A stretch of DNA of 64,000 nt from positions 1,314 through 65,313 of IMG/VR virus record IMGVR_UViG_3300032093_000109; one strand, written 5' to 3'. Origin of the DNA: a virus (Duplodnaviria > Caudoviricetes). Under the pieces are notes generated by a model, which saw nothing but the letters and a program-made list of their open reading frames with translations, was not told where the DNA came from and did no database searches. This document shows, one piece after another, positions 53,969 to 63,265 of this stretch; position 1 is the first letter of the stretch; each line of letters starts with the position of its first letter. A program made the translations under genes and the position numbers.

Positions 53969-55935
53969 CTACGGCCAGACGGTTTGATGTCCGCAGTGGG
54001 CGTACCCAGCTGCCATGCGACACCAGTTGTGTCAGAGCCCACACGCAAAGCCATCTGCCGGCCACGGATGCGAACGTTGACCTGCGGGGTGAACTGTTGC
54101 ACGTTGTAGGTACGCTGGCTCAGGTAGTTGTTTGCGCTCTGCACAGCGGGGTTGTTGGCCGTGCCGTAGTTTGTACCGGGGAACTGCCGTGGTCGGATGG
54201 TGAAGTTGGCCGTTGGGAACGGGGCGTTCGAACCATCAAACGTCAGGTCAGGGATGATCCGCCATACGTAGCCAAACGAATCCCCGTCCTCAAGGTTGAA
54301 GTCGGCAGACTGAATGAAGCAATCAATGGCCGCAGGTGGGTTCACCGAGCCGTCGTCGTTACCCGTCTCGTGGTACAGAATCTGACTCCCATACCCAGCA
54401 GCCACTGGTACATCTCGCAGCGGCGCATCCAACCAAGCCGTGCGGGCCATGCTGCCGTAATACCAGACGTTCTCGAGGTAGTTGTAGACCACGTACTTGT
54501 CGATCGTGGTCGAGTTGGCTGAGCAGTAGAACCACCACACCTCGCTGAACGCATCATTGACACCAGCCGTGATCTGGAACTGCTGGCTCAGGTTGATGTC
54601 TTGGAAGACGTAGGTGCGCAAGTCGCTGGGCAAAGTCTGCACCCGGCCGTTGTAGACATAGAACTTGTCCACGCCCATCCAGTAGGTCATGTCATGCACC
54701 GTGATCACAGCATTCGGGCCGGCAATCGAGGTGTTGTCAGCCAAAAGCTGAAAGTTGAACACAAAGGGTAAACCCTGATACTGCTGAGAGTAGACCGCAG
54801 CGTCGGTGAACACCAGCACCTCTTGACGAGTCTGCTGAGCGCAAATGATCTCTGAGCCACGGGTCAGGCGGAAGAAGCCAGCCTGCGTTGTAGCGCCGTC
54901 CAGCGGGTCCCAGATGGTGTAGTCGTTCTGAGCAGACCAGCGGATGAGCATGGGGTCTTGCTGGTTGGGGTCTGCCGCATCCGGGTCGTTTACACCATAG
55001 GCCACAGCAAAGCGTGACTGATCCGTCACTTGAACGAAATTACAAATCTCGGGGCAGTAGGTATCCGATGTAAACGGGGCGGGGCTGGCTGGAGAAAGGA
55101 CCACAGCCCTATCAAAAATCGTGGGGTTGGCATTGTTCTTCCAGTAGTACAAAGCGCCGCCGCGATCATTGAAAATCAAGTCCTCACCCCAGTTCGACTG
55201 GCTCCATGTGCGAAGCTGCACATCAACACCAATGGCTGGAGACGCAACACCCCAGCCGGTACTTGCGTAGCCAGTCGTGATACCACCCCAGCCACCTGCG
55301 CCCCAGCCCACACCGACCGTGTAAATGTCGGAGCCGGTTGAGATTTGATACTTGGCAACAGTGCCTGCACCGCCATTACCCACGTCGCTGGCATTGGCGT
55401 TGACCCCTACCACAATTGTGTAAACAGACGAACTTGTGGTGGTGGCTACCCGATGCTCTGTGTTGAGAATGCCTGCTGTGATGTTGCCGCCCAAACCTAC
55501 CGCAGCACTGAAAGTTACAAAATCGCCGGCTTGAGTGTTAGAACCTGCGTCCGTTACCGTAATGATGTTTGATCCATCCGTGGCAGCAAAGGTGGCTGCA
55601 CCAGCGGCGGTGGTTTCCTTTAGCGGGGTAATGTCGTTGAACGCGCCGCCCACGGTGTTCTGGATGTAGTATTTTAGGTTGGTGCCGACGGCCAGCAGGT
55701 TGTAGCCGGACAGGTTGGCCCAGTTCCACAGGGCACGAGCCACACCCCAATAGGAGCCAGTGGCCGGAGCTAAACCGCCAGCTTGCGTGCCGGAGTCCTT
55801 CTCCCAGCCGCCGATCTTTTGCGGAGTGCCAGACTTGAAGCGCACCTTGTCCGACTCAAACCAACGGCCCTCTTCGGTCAGGGTCGTGTTTTCCCTCGAC
55901 ACGCCGGGGCGGAACTTGAGCGCTTTCAAAGTCAT
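53965..55935 (-). CDS. tail nozzle / tubular protein B-like
   Basis: L.F.PGV...W...D.VRF..G.P.KIGGW; IRWS; F.EVWWFY; R.RGRQ. Confidence 0.75.
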   Translation of the reverse strand: MTLKALKFRPGVSRENTTLTEEGRWFESDKVRFKSGTPQKIGGWEKDSGTQAGGLAPATGSYWGVARALWNWANLSGYNLLAVGTNLKYYIQNTVGGAFNDITPLKETTAAGAATFAATDGSNIITVTDAGSNTQAGDFVTFSAAVGLGGNITAGILNTEHRVATTTSSSVYTIVVGVNANASDVGNGGAGTVAKYQISTGSDIYTVGVGWGAGGWGGITTGYASTGWGVASPAIGVDVQLRTWSQSNWGEDLIFNDRGGALYYWKNNANPTIFDRAVVLSPASPAPFTSDTYCPEICNFVQVTDQSRFAVAYGVNDPDAADPNQQDPMLIRWSAQNDYTIWDPLDGATTQAGFFRLTRGSEIICAQQTRQEVLVFTDAAVYSQQYQGLPFVFNFQLLADNTSIAGPNAVITVHDMTYWMGVDKFYVYNGRVQTLPSDLRTYVFQDINLSQQFQITAGVNDAFSEVWWFYCSANSTTIDKYVVYNYLENVWYYGSMARTAWLDAPLRDVPVAAGYGSQILYHETGNDDGSVNPPAAIDCFIQSADFNLEDGDSFGYVWRIIPDLTFDGSNAPFPTANFTIRPRQFPGTNYGTANNPAVQSANNYLSQRTYNVQQFTPQVNVRIRGRQMALRVGSDTTGVAWQLGTPTADIKPSGRR

Positions 55936-55961
55936 GGCAAATCCTTCAGGTTGCTCGGATT

Positions 55962-56435
55962 TTACGCAACCAGACCGGGTAAGTACACCGTCTTGCCGCC
56001 CTGCTTGGTGGCGGTCATGACCTGCTTCTTGAGGTTGCCGGGGTCATACGACACATGCACCCAGCCGCTGTCGGGGATGCCGGGTGTGTAGAACTCCAAG
56101 ATCAACTGCGTGAACTCAAGGTTGTCTTTTACCCACTGGGCCAGCTCAGCGTTTGGAACACCGGGGATTTCGATGTCTGCGGCCATGCCACGGCAGTGGT
56201 CACTGGTACGCGAGCCACCCACCTTGGCGTTGACGTCAGGGTGACGGAAGCCGGAGTTGATCTTCACACCCTTCTGATAGTGGTCGCGGATGGGCTGCAG
56301 CACCTTGCCAGCCAGCTCGGTCAAGTTTGCGGCCTCGGCTGGGCCGGGGGTGTTTTCCATGTCGTAGCGCAGAGCCGTCTCGCTCTTGGTCAGCTCGTGC
56401 AGTGAGAAGTTACGGGTCAATTGGGTCATGGTCAA
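55962..56435 (-). CDS. endolysin, peptidase M15 family
   Basis: L..NF.L.E...SG.R...N..VGG...S.H..G.AAD...WVHVS. Confidence 0.85.
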   Translation of the reverse strand: MTMTQLTRNFSLHELTKSETALRYDMENTPGPAEAANLTELAGKVLQPIRDHYQKGVKINSGFRHPDVNAKVGGSRTSDHCRGMAADIEIPGVPNAELAQWVKDNLEFTQLILEFYTPGIPDSGWVHVSYDPGNLKKQVMTATKQGGKTVYLPGLVA

Positions 56436-56441
56436 ACTCCG

Positions 56442-57167
56442 TCAGGTGGTTAACGGCGCAATTCTCGCGCCTTTTACAAGGTTTTCTTTAGCCCATAGGG
56501 GCTGCAGGTTTGTATAGCGGCAAAGCGCGTACAGATCGTTTTCGGTTTTTGCGGACGCCAGTGGGGTGATGTGGTCAATATGCCATTCGCCGTGGTTTTG
56601 CCATGACATGCCCAGAGCAAACTGCTGCTCTAGGTGCTGTAGCGCTGTGTCAATAGAACAACCGAGAAGCTCCGTGGTTCTTTTCGATGCACGTATGGCC
56701 TTGCGCTTGAGCGCTGACTTGACCAGTGTTCTTAGCCTGCCACGCATACGGTATAGCGGGTCTACAGCCGATCTTGTTTTTGCATACGCGCTTTGAAGTG
56801 ACGCCATTTTGTGTTTGTGTTCTTCATAGTAGCGTTTACGTGCCGCTTTTGCTTGATCGTTTTTTTCCAAATAGTATTTTTTTGCGTCTGCGCGTATTTT
56901 ATTTCTGGCGGCCTCATTCTCTGCATAACGCAAACGGCGACGCTGGTTTTGCGAATCTTTGTGCTTGGCGTGCTTGATCGCGTTTCGTCGCTCTGTACAC
57001 CCACAACAGATTTTTGAGTTTGTGTAGCGGCTGCTGGTGTGCCCGTGAGAACAGGGTGACCCAGTAAAGTACCGCGAGATGCCGCGCTCTCTAGCGATCA
57101 CCCTAGGTAGCACAACAAAATCAAACACCATCTGGCTTGTCATTTTCCTTGTCCTCATCCTTGCCAC
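56442..57167 (-). CDS. free-standing HNH-type homing endonuclease
   Basis: YFTGSPCSHGH...C; LLGCS...HLE.QF..GMSW.N.G.WHIDHI.PL...NLQPLW..EN. Confidence 0.8.
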   Translation of the reverse strand: MARMRTRKMTSQMVFDFVVLPRVIARERGISRYFTGSPCSHGHTSSRYTNSKICCGCTERRNAIKHAKHKDSQNQRRRLRYAENEAARNKIRADAKKYYLEKNDQAKAARKRYYEEHKHKMASLQSAYAKTRSAVDPLYRMRGRLRTLVKSALKRKAIRASKRTTELLGCSIDTALQHLEQQFALGMSWQNHGEWHIDHITPLASAKTENDLYALCRYTNLQPLWAKENLVKGARIAPLTT

Positions 57168-57381
57168 GGTTCAGAGCAAGCATTGTTCCCAAAGAGCCTG
57201 TAATGAACGTGGCGATTGGGGCCAGTAGTTTGAAAAACTCCGCGTCCATTGGGCTCATATTAATCATCGGCTGCGTCACCCAGATCAACGAATGGAGAAT
57301 AGCCCCCACAATGCCCATCAGCGTTACACAAAGTGTGATGATGATTACAAAACGACCTGCGCTATCCCAATCAATTTTCAT
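57121..57381 (-). CDS. holin-like two-TM protein
   Basis: Two hydrophobic segments and a charged C-terminus; lysis cassette. Confidence 0.55.
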   Translation of the reverse strand: MKIDWDSAGRFVIIITLCVTLMGIVGAILHSLIWVTQPMINMSPMDAEFFKLLAPIATFITGSLGTMLALNRGKDEDKENDKPDGV

Positions 57382-57544
57382 TTGGAACCTCTATTAAAAA
57401 TTTTGTGCATGTTTCATCCGCCAAACACGGCGGGGGTTCGCACTTCGGGTCTTTCCAGTTTACTGGGTCCTGACAAGGGTACCTGTACGAATCTTCGCAT
57501 CCCGAGACCATGAACAAGACCAGTAGTGTGATGATTGTTTTCAT
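57371..57544 (-). CDS. small lipoprotein
   Basis: MKTIITLLVLFMVSGC lipobox; YRYPCQDP.NW...C.PP.C.....C. Confidence 0.65.
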   Translation of the reverse strand: MKTIITLLVLFMVSGCEDSYRYPCQDPVNWKDPKCEPPPCLADETCTKFLIEVPNEN

Positions 57545-57987
57545 ACGTCCCTCGCCATCCAAATTGCCCAACCGATTATCAGGCCCAAGCCACCCAGCAG
57601 GGCAATGACCAACATGATCATGAACACATCTTTGATTCGGTCGATGAGGCGCTGACGATCAAGCACTTTCTGGCGCTTGTCCGCTTCACGCTTTTTCTTG
57701 ACCTTGACCTGAAACGCCAACCAGTCATCCCAAAGGCCACCGCGCCCGGAGTAGATCATCATCTGCTTGAGTTCTTCCTCTTGCTGCTTGAGCTTTTCAA
57801 GCGCCATGAACTCCTCAAGGTCACTACCCCTTGACCCGCCCTTCTCGTTGGCTTTTCTCTGTATTTCTGCCTTGTTGTCGAAGTATTTAAACAGCGACTC
57901 TCCGGCGGCCATGATGTCACCGGAGTTCTGCACAGCCTCCTTGATCACAGAAAACGCGGCGTTGCATGCCGCAAGCTCTAGTAACAC
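57541..57987 (-). CDS. membrane-anchored coiled-coil protein
   Basis: C-terminal TM segment; lysis region. Confidence 0.6.
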   Translation of the reverse strand: MLLELAACNAAFSVIKEAVQNSGDIMAAGESLFKYFDNKAEIQRKANEKGGSRGSDLEEFMALEKLKQQEEELKQMMIYSGRGGLWDDWLAFQVKVKKKREADKRQKVLDRQRLIDRIKDVFMIMLVIALLGGLGLIIGWAIWMARDV

Positions 57988-57990
57988 GGT

Positions 57991-58455
57991 TCACCTTACT
58001 GCTGCAATGGCTTGCCAAGCTGAGAAGAGACTTTGGGCGTCAGTGGCGTGGCCGTCAGCTTTTGCTGCCAGCTCTGAATATTCGCGAGTGCACTGCTCGA
58101 ATACGATGCTGAGGGTATTGGTGTACTGAGCGAGGGAGGTGTCGGTAGCTTGGGCGAAGGAGCTACGACTGGCAATGAGGTCGTCGCGCAGCCGGTCACG
58201 CTCATTGCGAGCGGAATCAGCATCAATGACATTGCGCCGCACAATCTCGACCGCTTTTCTAAGGGCTGCATCTTTTTCCTCCTGCATCTGCTGGGTCTTG
58301 GCCGCAGCCTGTTCTGTCGCCACCTGAAGCGCCTGAGTGTGCTCAAGCACCATCGCGTCGATCTTACCGTTTAAACGCCACCCGTTGGCCGTCCAGCCAG
58401 TGAGAAGCCCCACAGCCAGCGCACCAGCCAACAAGTAGGGCGTCGGGAAGATCAT
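57991..58455 (-). CDS. i-spanin (Rz-like)
   Basis: N-terminal TM plus periplasmic coiled coil. Confidence 0.75.
   Translation of the reverse strand: MIFPTPYLLAGALAVGLLTGWTANGWRLNGKIDAMVLEHTQALQVATEQAAAKTQQMQEEKDAALRKAVEIVRRNVIDADSARNERDRLRDDLIASRSSFAQATDTSLAQYTNTLSIVFEQCTREYSELAAKADGHATDAQSLFSAWQAIAAVR
57996..58271 (-). CDS. o-spanin (Rz1-like), embedded in Rz
   Basis: GGAGG RBS then MQPLEKRSR...MSVTGC lipobox; Pro-rich; alternate frame inside Rz. Confidence 0.75.
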   Translation of the reverse strand: MQPLEKRSRLCGAMSLMLIPLAMSVTGCATTSLPVVAPSPKLPTPPSLSTPIPSASYSSSALANIQSWQQKLTATPLTPKVSSQLGKPLQQ

Positions 58456-58913
58456 GGCACTGGGTACAGCAGCACATCGTCAACTGTGCCGATGATTGGC
58501 TCACGGCCCTGCACCAGATCAACAATCATGTCGTTGTCCAGCTTCTTACCTGCCAGCGAGTTGTCGCTGTGGCGCAGTTGGACGGAAGTGTTCTGCTGGA
58601 TTGAGTAGAGCTGAGTCAGGCTTGGCACGATCAGAGCAGCCCATGGCAACAAAGCCTCGGCGGTGCTCTTGGGTGCGGCGATCATCTGCTGGTTCGACTT
58701 GGACCCAGCGTTCTTCAGCGCAAAGTACATCTGAGCAGCGCCCTTGGCTTGAGCGTCACCCTTGGTAGCCATCTCAACGATAGCCATGTCAGCACGCATC
58801 TCCTGCTCGGCGAGGCGTTTTTCACGAGCTTCCACAGCTGCGTAGTAGGCGTCGTTGCCAGTGGCACAAGCAGTCAGCGTCAGGGCTGCGGTGAGTGTTG
58901 CGATCAGTTTCAT
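58452..58913 (-). CDS. lipoprotein
   Basis: MKLIATLTAALTLTAC lipobox. Confidence 0.7.
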   Translation of the reverse strand: MKLIATLTAALTLTACATGNDAYYAAVEAREKRLAEQEMRADMAIVEMATKGDAQAKGAAQMYFALKNAGSKSNQQMIAAPKSTAEALLPWAALIVPSLTQLYSIQQNTSVQLRHSDNSLAGKKLDNDMIVDLVQGREPIIGTVDDVLLYPVP

Positions 58914-58933
58914 TGCGTTCTCCTGTTTAAAAA

Positions 58934-59947
58934 TTAAGCGATGCGGTAGCGCACCACGACTATGCCGGAGCCACCTGCGCCGGAGTTGAACCCACGGAAG
59001 GCCGCTGCACCGCCACCGCCACCGCCGGTATTGGCAGTTGCAGAGGTTGGTGCCGTTTCGCCGTTGGTGCCGTTACCGCCGCCGCCGATACCACCCGTAG
59101 GGGAGCCATCTGTGATGGATGTACCGCCGCCACCACCGCCATAGTATTGGGTCGAACCTGTGCGGATGGAGTTACCAACACCGGGGCCGCCAGCACCGCC
59201 GCCGCCAAAGTTCAAGACGGCATTGCCCCCAGCACCGCCAGCACCACCACCACCGCCGCCGTTGCGATATGCGTTGCCTGCAGAGTTCCAACCATAGCCA
59301 CCAGCGTTGCCTTGGCCCGATGTCCCGGAGCCGCCTGCAATTGTGTAGTCGCCGCCAGCCGTTGGGGTGCTTCCACCGCCGCCACCAGAGCCGCCAGAAG
59401 CTCCAGCTTCAATACCGCCGCCGCCACCACCAATTGCAGTCAGGCCAAAAATTGAGGAGTTGCCGCCGTTGTTGCCGTTGCCAAGGCCGGACTGCGAAGA
59501 GCCACCAGAACCAACAGACACGCCATAGGACCCAGCAGCTTGCGTCGTGGAGCTTGCCAAAACGCCACCAGCACCGCCACCACCGCCGCCAGTGAACTCG
59601 TAGCTGCTGTACCAGCCTTTGCCACCAGAACCACCACCCGCAACAATCAGATAGTCGATGCTGTTAAAGCCCGACGTGCCTGCGTTGCTGACTGTCAGCG
59701 TGCCACCGGAGGTGAATGTGTGGACCTTGTAAGTTGCACCCCCGGAGGAGTAGGTTGTTTCCGTGCCGCCAGAGGCAATGATGAACCGAGACTTGCCGTA
59801 CAGGTTGCTCATGGAAATGGCACCGGAAGGCACTCCGGCCAGCGCACGGACATCCGCGTCGTTTAGGCTGATCTGCGCCGTAGACGACTTCTGCAGCTCG
59901 ACGTTGACCTGAGCCAGCGTGATGGTGCCTGAACTTGGGAGTGCCAT
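58934..59947 (-). CDS. glycine-rich tail fibre/adhesin protein
   Basis: MALPSSG.I.L..VN.EL N-terminus; HTFTS.G, YLIVAGGG.GG, GGSGIVVVRY. Confidence 0.8.
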   Translation of the reverse strand: MALPSSGTITLAQVNVELQKSSTAQISLNDADVRALAGVPSGAISMSNLYGKSRFIIASGGTETTYSSGGATYKVHTFTSGGTLTVSNAGTSGFNSIDYLIVAGGGSGGKGWYSSYEFTGGGGGGAGGVLASSTTQAAGSYGVSVGSGGSSQSGLGNGNNGGNSSIFGLTAIGGGGGGIEAGASGGSGGGGGSTPTAGGDYTIAGGSGTSGQGNAGGYGWNSAGNAYRNGGGGGGAGGAGGNAVLNFGGGGAGGPGVGNSIRTGSTQYYGGGGGGTSITDGSPTGGIGGGGNGTNGETAPTSATANTGGGGGGAAAFRGFNSGAGGSGIVVVRYRIA

Positions 59948-61080
59948 TACTTAGCCTCCAGCGCTTTCACCTTGGCGTCAAGCTCCTTGATGGCCTCGAT
60001 CAAAACACCAACAATGTTGCCGTAGGCCACCGACAGAATGCCGTTTGCGTTCTCTTGCACGACCTGTGGAAGCACTTCTTGCACCTCTTGGGCAATGACG
60101 CCAATACCGGCAGCGCCGTCTTTGGTAAACGCCACGCCGCGCATGGACTTCACCGTGTCCAGTGCGTACTTAATGGTGACGATGTTTTCTTTCAGACGAC
60201 GGTCGGAAAACGCCGTGACGTTGCCAGCCATCGTGAGGTTGCCCGACATATCCATCTGCAAGCGGTTTGCGCCAGCAGACCATCCACCAATACGGAACAC
60301 GTTATCCGTATCCAGACCCATGTTAACTGCAAAACCAGTCCTATGCAGAGACATGGTTGCAGCGCCAACACCACCGCCACCGATCTCAAAACTTCCGGCT
60401 CGGCCTACCGTTGCCGTGTTGCTGCCTATCGGGACGTTGACTAACCCTGAAAAGGTTTTGGTGCCGCCAATGGTTTGGTCGCCTACCGTGTAAACGCCGT
60501 TGGTTACGGTTCCTGCATTGCCCGTCAAGTTCCCCGTGACGTTACCCGTGACGTTACCCGTGACGTTACCCGTCAGGCTGGCTGTGATGGTTCCAGCTGC
60601 GAAGTTACCCGAGCCGTCTCGCTCAACAAGGGTGTTGGGGGTGTTAACTGATGTGGCCGGGGCGGTTATAAAAGAGAAGTTTGTGCCGTTCGTCATAACG
60701 AACAGGCGACGGCCAGCAGGAACCACCACACCCGTACCAGCCGCAGTGGTGTTGCCTATAACCGTGGAGTTGTAGATCGTGGCCGCGTAAGCACTGGCGT
60801 TGTAGATGACGTACAGCTTGGGGCTGGGCGGGGCGTAGACGTTGAAAACAGCAGCGGTTGTGGTGGTCAGCTCAATCATGGCATTGCGGGCCTGATCCGC
60901 CGCGCCGTCGGCATTGGTGAACGCTTGGTTGGCCGTGGTGACCGACACCGTCTCGTAGCCCGAGATTGCGTCTTCGATTAGAGTACCTAAGTTTGTATTA
61001 GTTGTACTCCCCCAGTTTCCGGCCTGCTCCCCGTTAGCAATTAGTTCTATTCTAAGGTTGGGTGAAAAGCTACTTGGCAT
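59947..61080 (-). CDS. tail fibre with intramolecular chaperone (peptidase S74)
   Basis: SDRRLKENI...GVIAQEV...VAYGN...LIEAIKEL; GNVT repeats. Confidence 0.85.
   Translation of the reverse strand: MPSSFSPNLRIELIANGEQAGNWGSTTNTNLGTLIEDAISGYETVSVTTANQAFTNADGAADQARNAMIELTTTTAAVFNVYAPPSPKLYVIYNASAYAATIYNSTVIGNTTAAGTGVVVPAGRRLFVMTNGTNFSFITAPATSVNTPNTLVERDGSGNFAAGTITASLTGNVTGNVTGNVTGNLTGNAGTVTNGVYTVGDQTIGGTKTFSGLVNVPIGSNTATVGRAGSFEIGGGGVGAATMSLHRTGFAVNMGLDTDNVFRIGGWSAGANRLQMDMSGNLTMAGNVTAFSDRRLKENIVTIKYALDTVKSMRGVAFTKDGAAGIGVIAQEVQEVLPQVVQENANGILSVAYGNIVGVLIEAIKELDAKVKALEAK
60521..60575. repeat. 12-bp tandem repeat encoding (TGNV)n
   Basis: CCCGTGACGTTA x3 plus degenerate flanks. Confidence 0.8.
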
Positions 61081-61103
61081 GATCGTTCCTCAAAGTTGCT
61101 TGA

Positions 61104-61286
61104 TTATCCAGCATTGGGCTCTGGTTGAACAGGGTCGGCTGGGGTTGGGACGTTGCCCTCGGCCAGCCACGCAAGGTACTCGACGTAGTCACGATTATCA
61201 GGATCGAAGGGGATGAAGGCGTTGTCCGCGATGCGTTTGATGCACTGTGCGGGTTGGCCGAATTGATCTGGTAGTTGTTGGTACAT
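61104..61286 (-). CDS. small tail-fibre-associated protein
   Basis: [27 protein letters not shown]; paralog of 63099..63263. Confidence 0.75.
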   Translation of the reverse strand: MYQQLPDQFGQPAQCIKRIADNAFIPFDPDNRDYVEYLAWLAEGNVPTPADPVQPEPNAG

Positions 61287-61297
61287 GATGTTTTCCC

Positions 61298-62326
61298 TTA
61301 CAGTTCAATGGAGCCGATAACCCGCGCATTGATGTCTCCGCTGTGCGGATTACTTTGATAAAAACCCTTTGTTGTATCTTGGCTAAAATTGGCTACAGCT
61401 CCGCTTGTTCCCGACAGAGGTACTAGCGTTAAAGTTGGCGCTGCTCTTTTTTGAACAGCCCAATATCCGGGCTGATAATGCCCAACAACTGCCGTTAAAA
61501 GAATCATGCCCGTTGTCTCGTAGTACCGCTGACACAACGCCAACTCAGTACCAAAAGGTCTGCGCTCAAAAGGCGTGGCGACTGAGCCAGCTTCGAGTTG
61601 GACGCCGGTGATGTAGAAGGTGGCTCCGCTTGTGCCGACTACGGAGACAGAGCCGGTGGCTGAAATAAGGTTTGACGCTTGCCAAGAACCGGCAGTGCCG
61701 TTGTATGTTGAGCCAACGCCTAGACCAAACTTCACCCTCAAACCAATACCGTTGTTGGTCAGCCATGTGCCAGACGTATCTCCCGCAATAGTCACAGACT
61801 TTTGCTCCCAAGTGTTCGCAGCAGAAATGGCATAGGTGAACGGGTAGGCGCGGTTGTTAGCTGAGTTACCAATCGTTCCACCAAACGTCCCTGTCAGGCT
61901 TGAACGGACCCAGAATGAAACTGTTACAGTACTGGCGTTGGCGGTTCCCCACGCTAAATCTGCCGAGTTAAATCCTTCTACTTCTTGAAGCACGGCGAAA
62001 TAATCTGAAGCTCCCACGCTATACGCCGACAAGGATGTAACTCCTAAATAGTTTGTGTAGCCAGCAGGGGGTGTAACGCCGCCTGCGTTTTGTTGGACAG
62101 AATATTTAGACGCGACAGACTGCAACTGTTTCCATCTATCTAAAACATACTGCCCATCAGTCGGCGTCACACTCGCCCCAGCGTTCCTCTGGTCAATGAC
62201 CATCCCGCCGTTCAGAATTCTATTTCTAAAGCCCTGCAAGCTCTGTGCTGTCGGGGTCATGCCGTTAATCTGGGCGGTGTTGCCCCCAGCGGCGTTGGTG
62301 ATGGTGTTGACTGCTAGGGTGCTCAT
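61298..62326 (-). CDS. tail fibre / receptor-binding protein
   Basis: FRNRI.NG.M.IDQR...[15 protein letters not shown]....EL.LCQRYY. Confidence 0.8.
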   Translation of the reverse strand: MSTLAVNTITNAAGGNTAQINGMTPTAQSLQGFRNRILNGGMVIDQRNAGASVTPTDGQYVLDRWKQLQSVASKYSVQQNAGGVTPPAGYTNYLGVTSLSAYSVGASDYFAVLQEVEGFNSADLAWGTANASTVTVSFWVRSSLTGTFGGTIGNSANNRAYPFTYAISAANTWEQKSVTIAGDTSGTWLTNNGIGLRVKFGLGVGSTYNGTAGSWQASNLISATGSVSVVGTSGATFYITGVQLEAGSVATPFERRPFGTELALCQRYYETTGMILLTAVVGHYQPGYWAVQKRAAPTLTLVPLSGTSGAVANFSQDTTKGFYQSNPHSGDINARVIGSIEL

Positions 62327-63102
62327 GCTCGACCTTTCAATGCTGCGATTTCAGCGGCTTGTGCGTCCACTTTGGCGTTGAGCTCTTGGATGGCTGCGGT
62401 CAGTGTGGCAACCAAGAAGCTGGTGTCGATGCCTTGGGGGTTGATGGAGCCGTCTTCGTTGACTGCGTCCTTCTCACCACTCACGCACTCAGGCACAACC
62501 GCTTGCAACTCATGCGCAATGAAGCCTTGGCTCTGGCTGTCATCTGCGTTCCACTTGTAGGTGACGGGCTTCAGTTGAGCGACCTTGGCAAGCGCACCAG
62601 TCATGGGCTGGATGTCGTGCTTCAGGCGGTAGTCGGAAGAAGTGTTGTAGGAGGTTGCTGTGGTTGTTACGATTATGGTCCCAACAAGTGCGCCGCTTCT
62701 GAGCATTGCTTGAACAATGCCGTCTGAGTCCCTGTTGACATTCAATGCTGCCGAGCCGGTACAGTAAATGGAGCCGTTTACAGTAAGTCTTGCACTTGAG
62801 ATTTGACTCGTCGTCCCCACCAGCAAGTTACCGTTGGAGTCGATACGCATTGCCTCCACACCACCCTCTGCAAAGGCAATCGTGTCAGCAGCAGGGAAGA
62901 AAATGCCCGTGTTGGTATCACCGTCAGTTGTGATTGAGGGGGCGGAGGCCGTTCCAGCAGGAGCCACGTTGGGGGCTCCTGAAGTGTTTATCGTGCCCGA
63001 GTTGTCAGGTAGCGTCAGTGTCCGGTCGGTCGATGTGCCCGGTGAGGCGATCGTAAACGTGCCGGTGCCGCTGATGTTTGGGGTCAGGGCTATTTTGCTC
63101 AT
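62323..63102 (-). CDS. tail fibre with peptidase S74 chaperone
   Basis: [16 protein letters not shown]; SSDYRLK...GFIAHELQ...LTAAIQEL. Confidence 0.85.
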   Translation of the reverse strand: MSKIALTPNISGTGTFTIASPGTSTDRTLTLPDNSGTINTSGAPNVAPAGTASAPSITTDGDTNTGIFFPAADTIAFAEGGVEAMRIDSNGNLLVGTTSQISSARLTVNGSIYCTGSAALNVNRDSDGIVQAMLRSGALVGTIIVTTTATSYNTSSDYRLKHDIQPMTGALAKVAQLKPVTYKWNADDSQSQGFIAHELQAVVPECVSGEKDAVNEDGSINPQGIDTSFLVATLTAAIQELNAKVDAQAAEIAALKGRA

Positions 63103-63263
63103 TCTGTTACCTCCGCAGGCTCAGGTGTGTTGCCCTCGGCCAACCACGCGAGGTAAGCTTGGTAATCGATGTTGGCAGGGTCGAAGGGGATGAAGGCGTT
63201 GTCGGACAGGCGTTTAACCTGTGGCGCTGGTTTGCCGGGGATGAGGTCGATAAGTTGATACAT
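63099..63263 (-). CDS. small tail-fibre-associated protein (paralog of 61104..61286)
   Basis: Start ATG 63263; [24 protein letters not shown]. Confidence 0.75.
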   Translation of the reverse strand: MYQLIDLIPGKPAPQVKRLSDNAFIPFDPANIDYQAYLAWLAEGNTPEPAEVTE

Positions 63264-63265
63264 GA

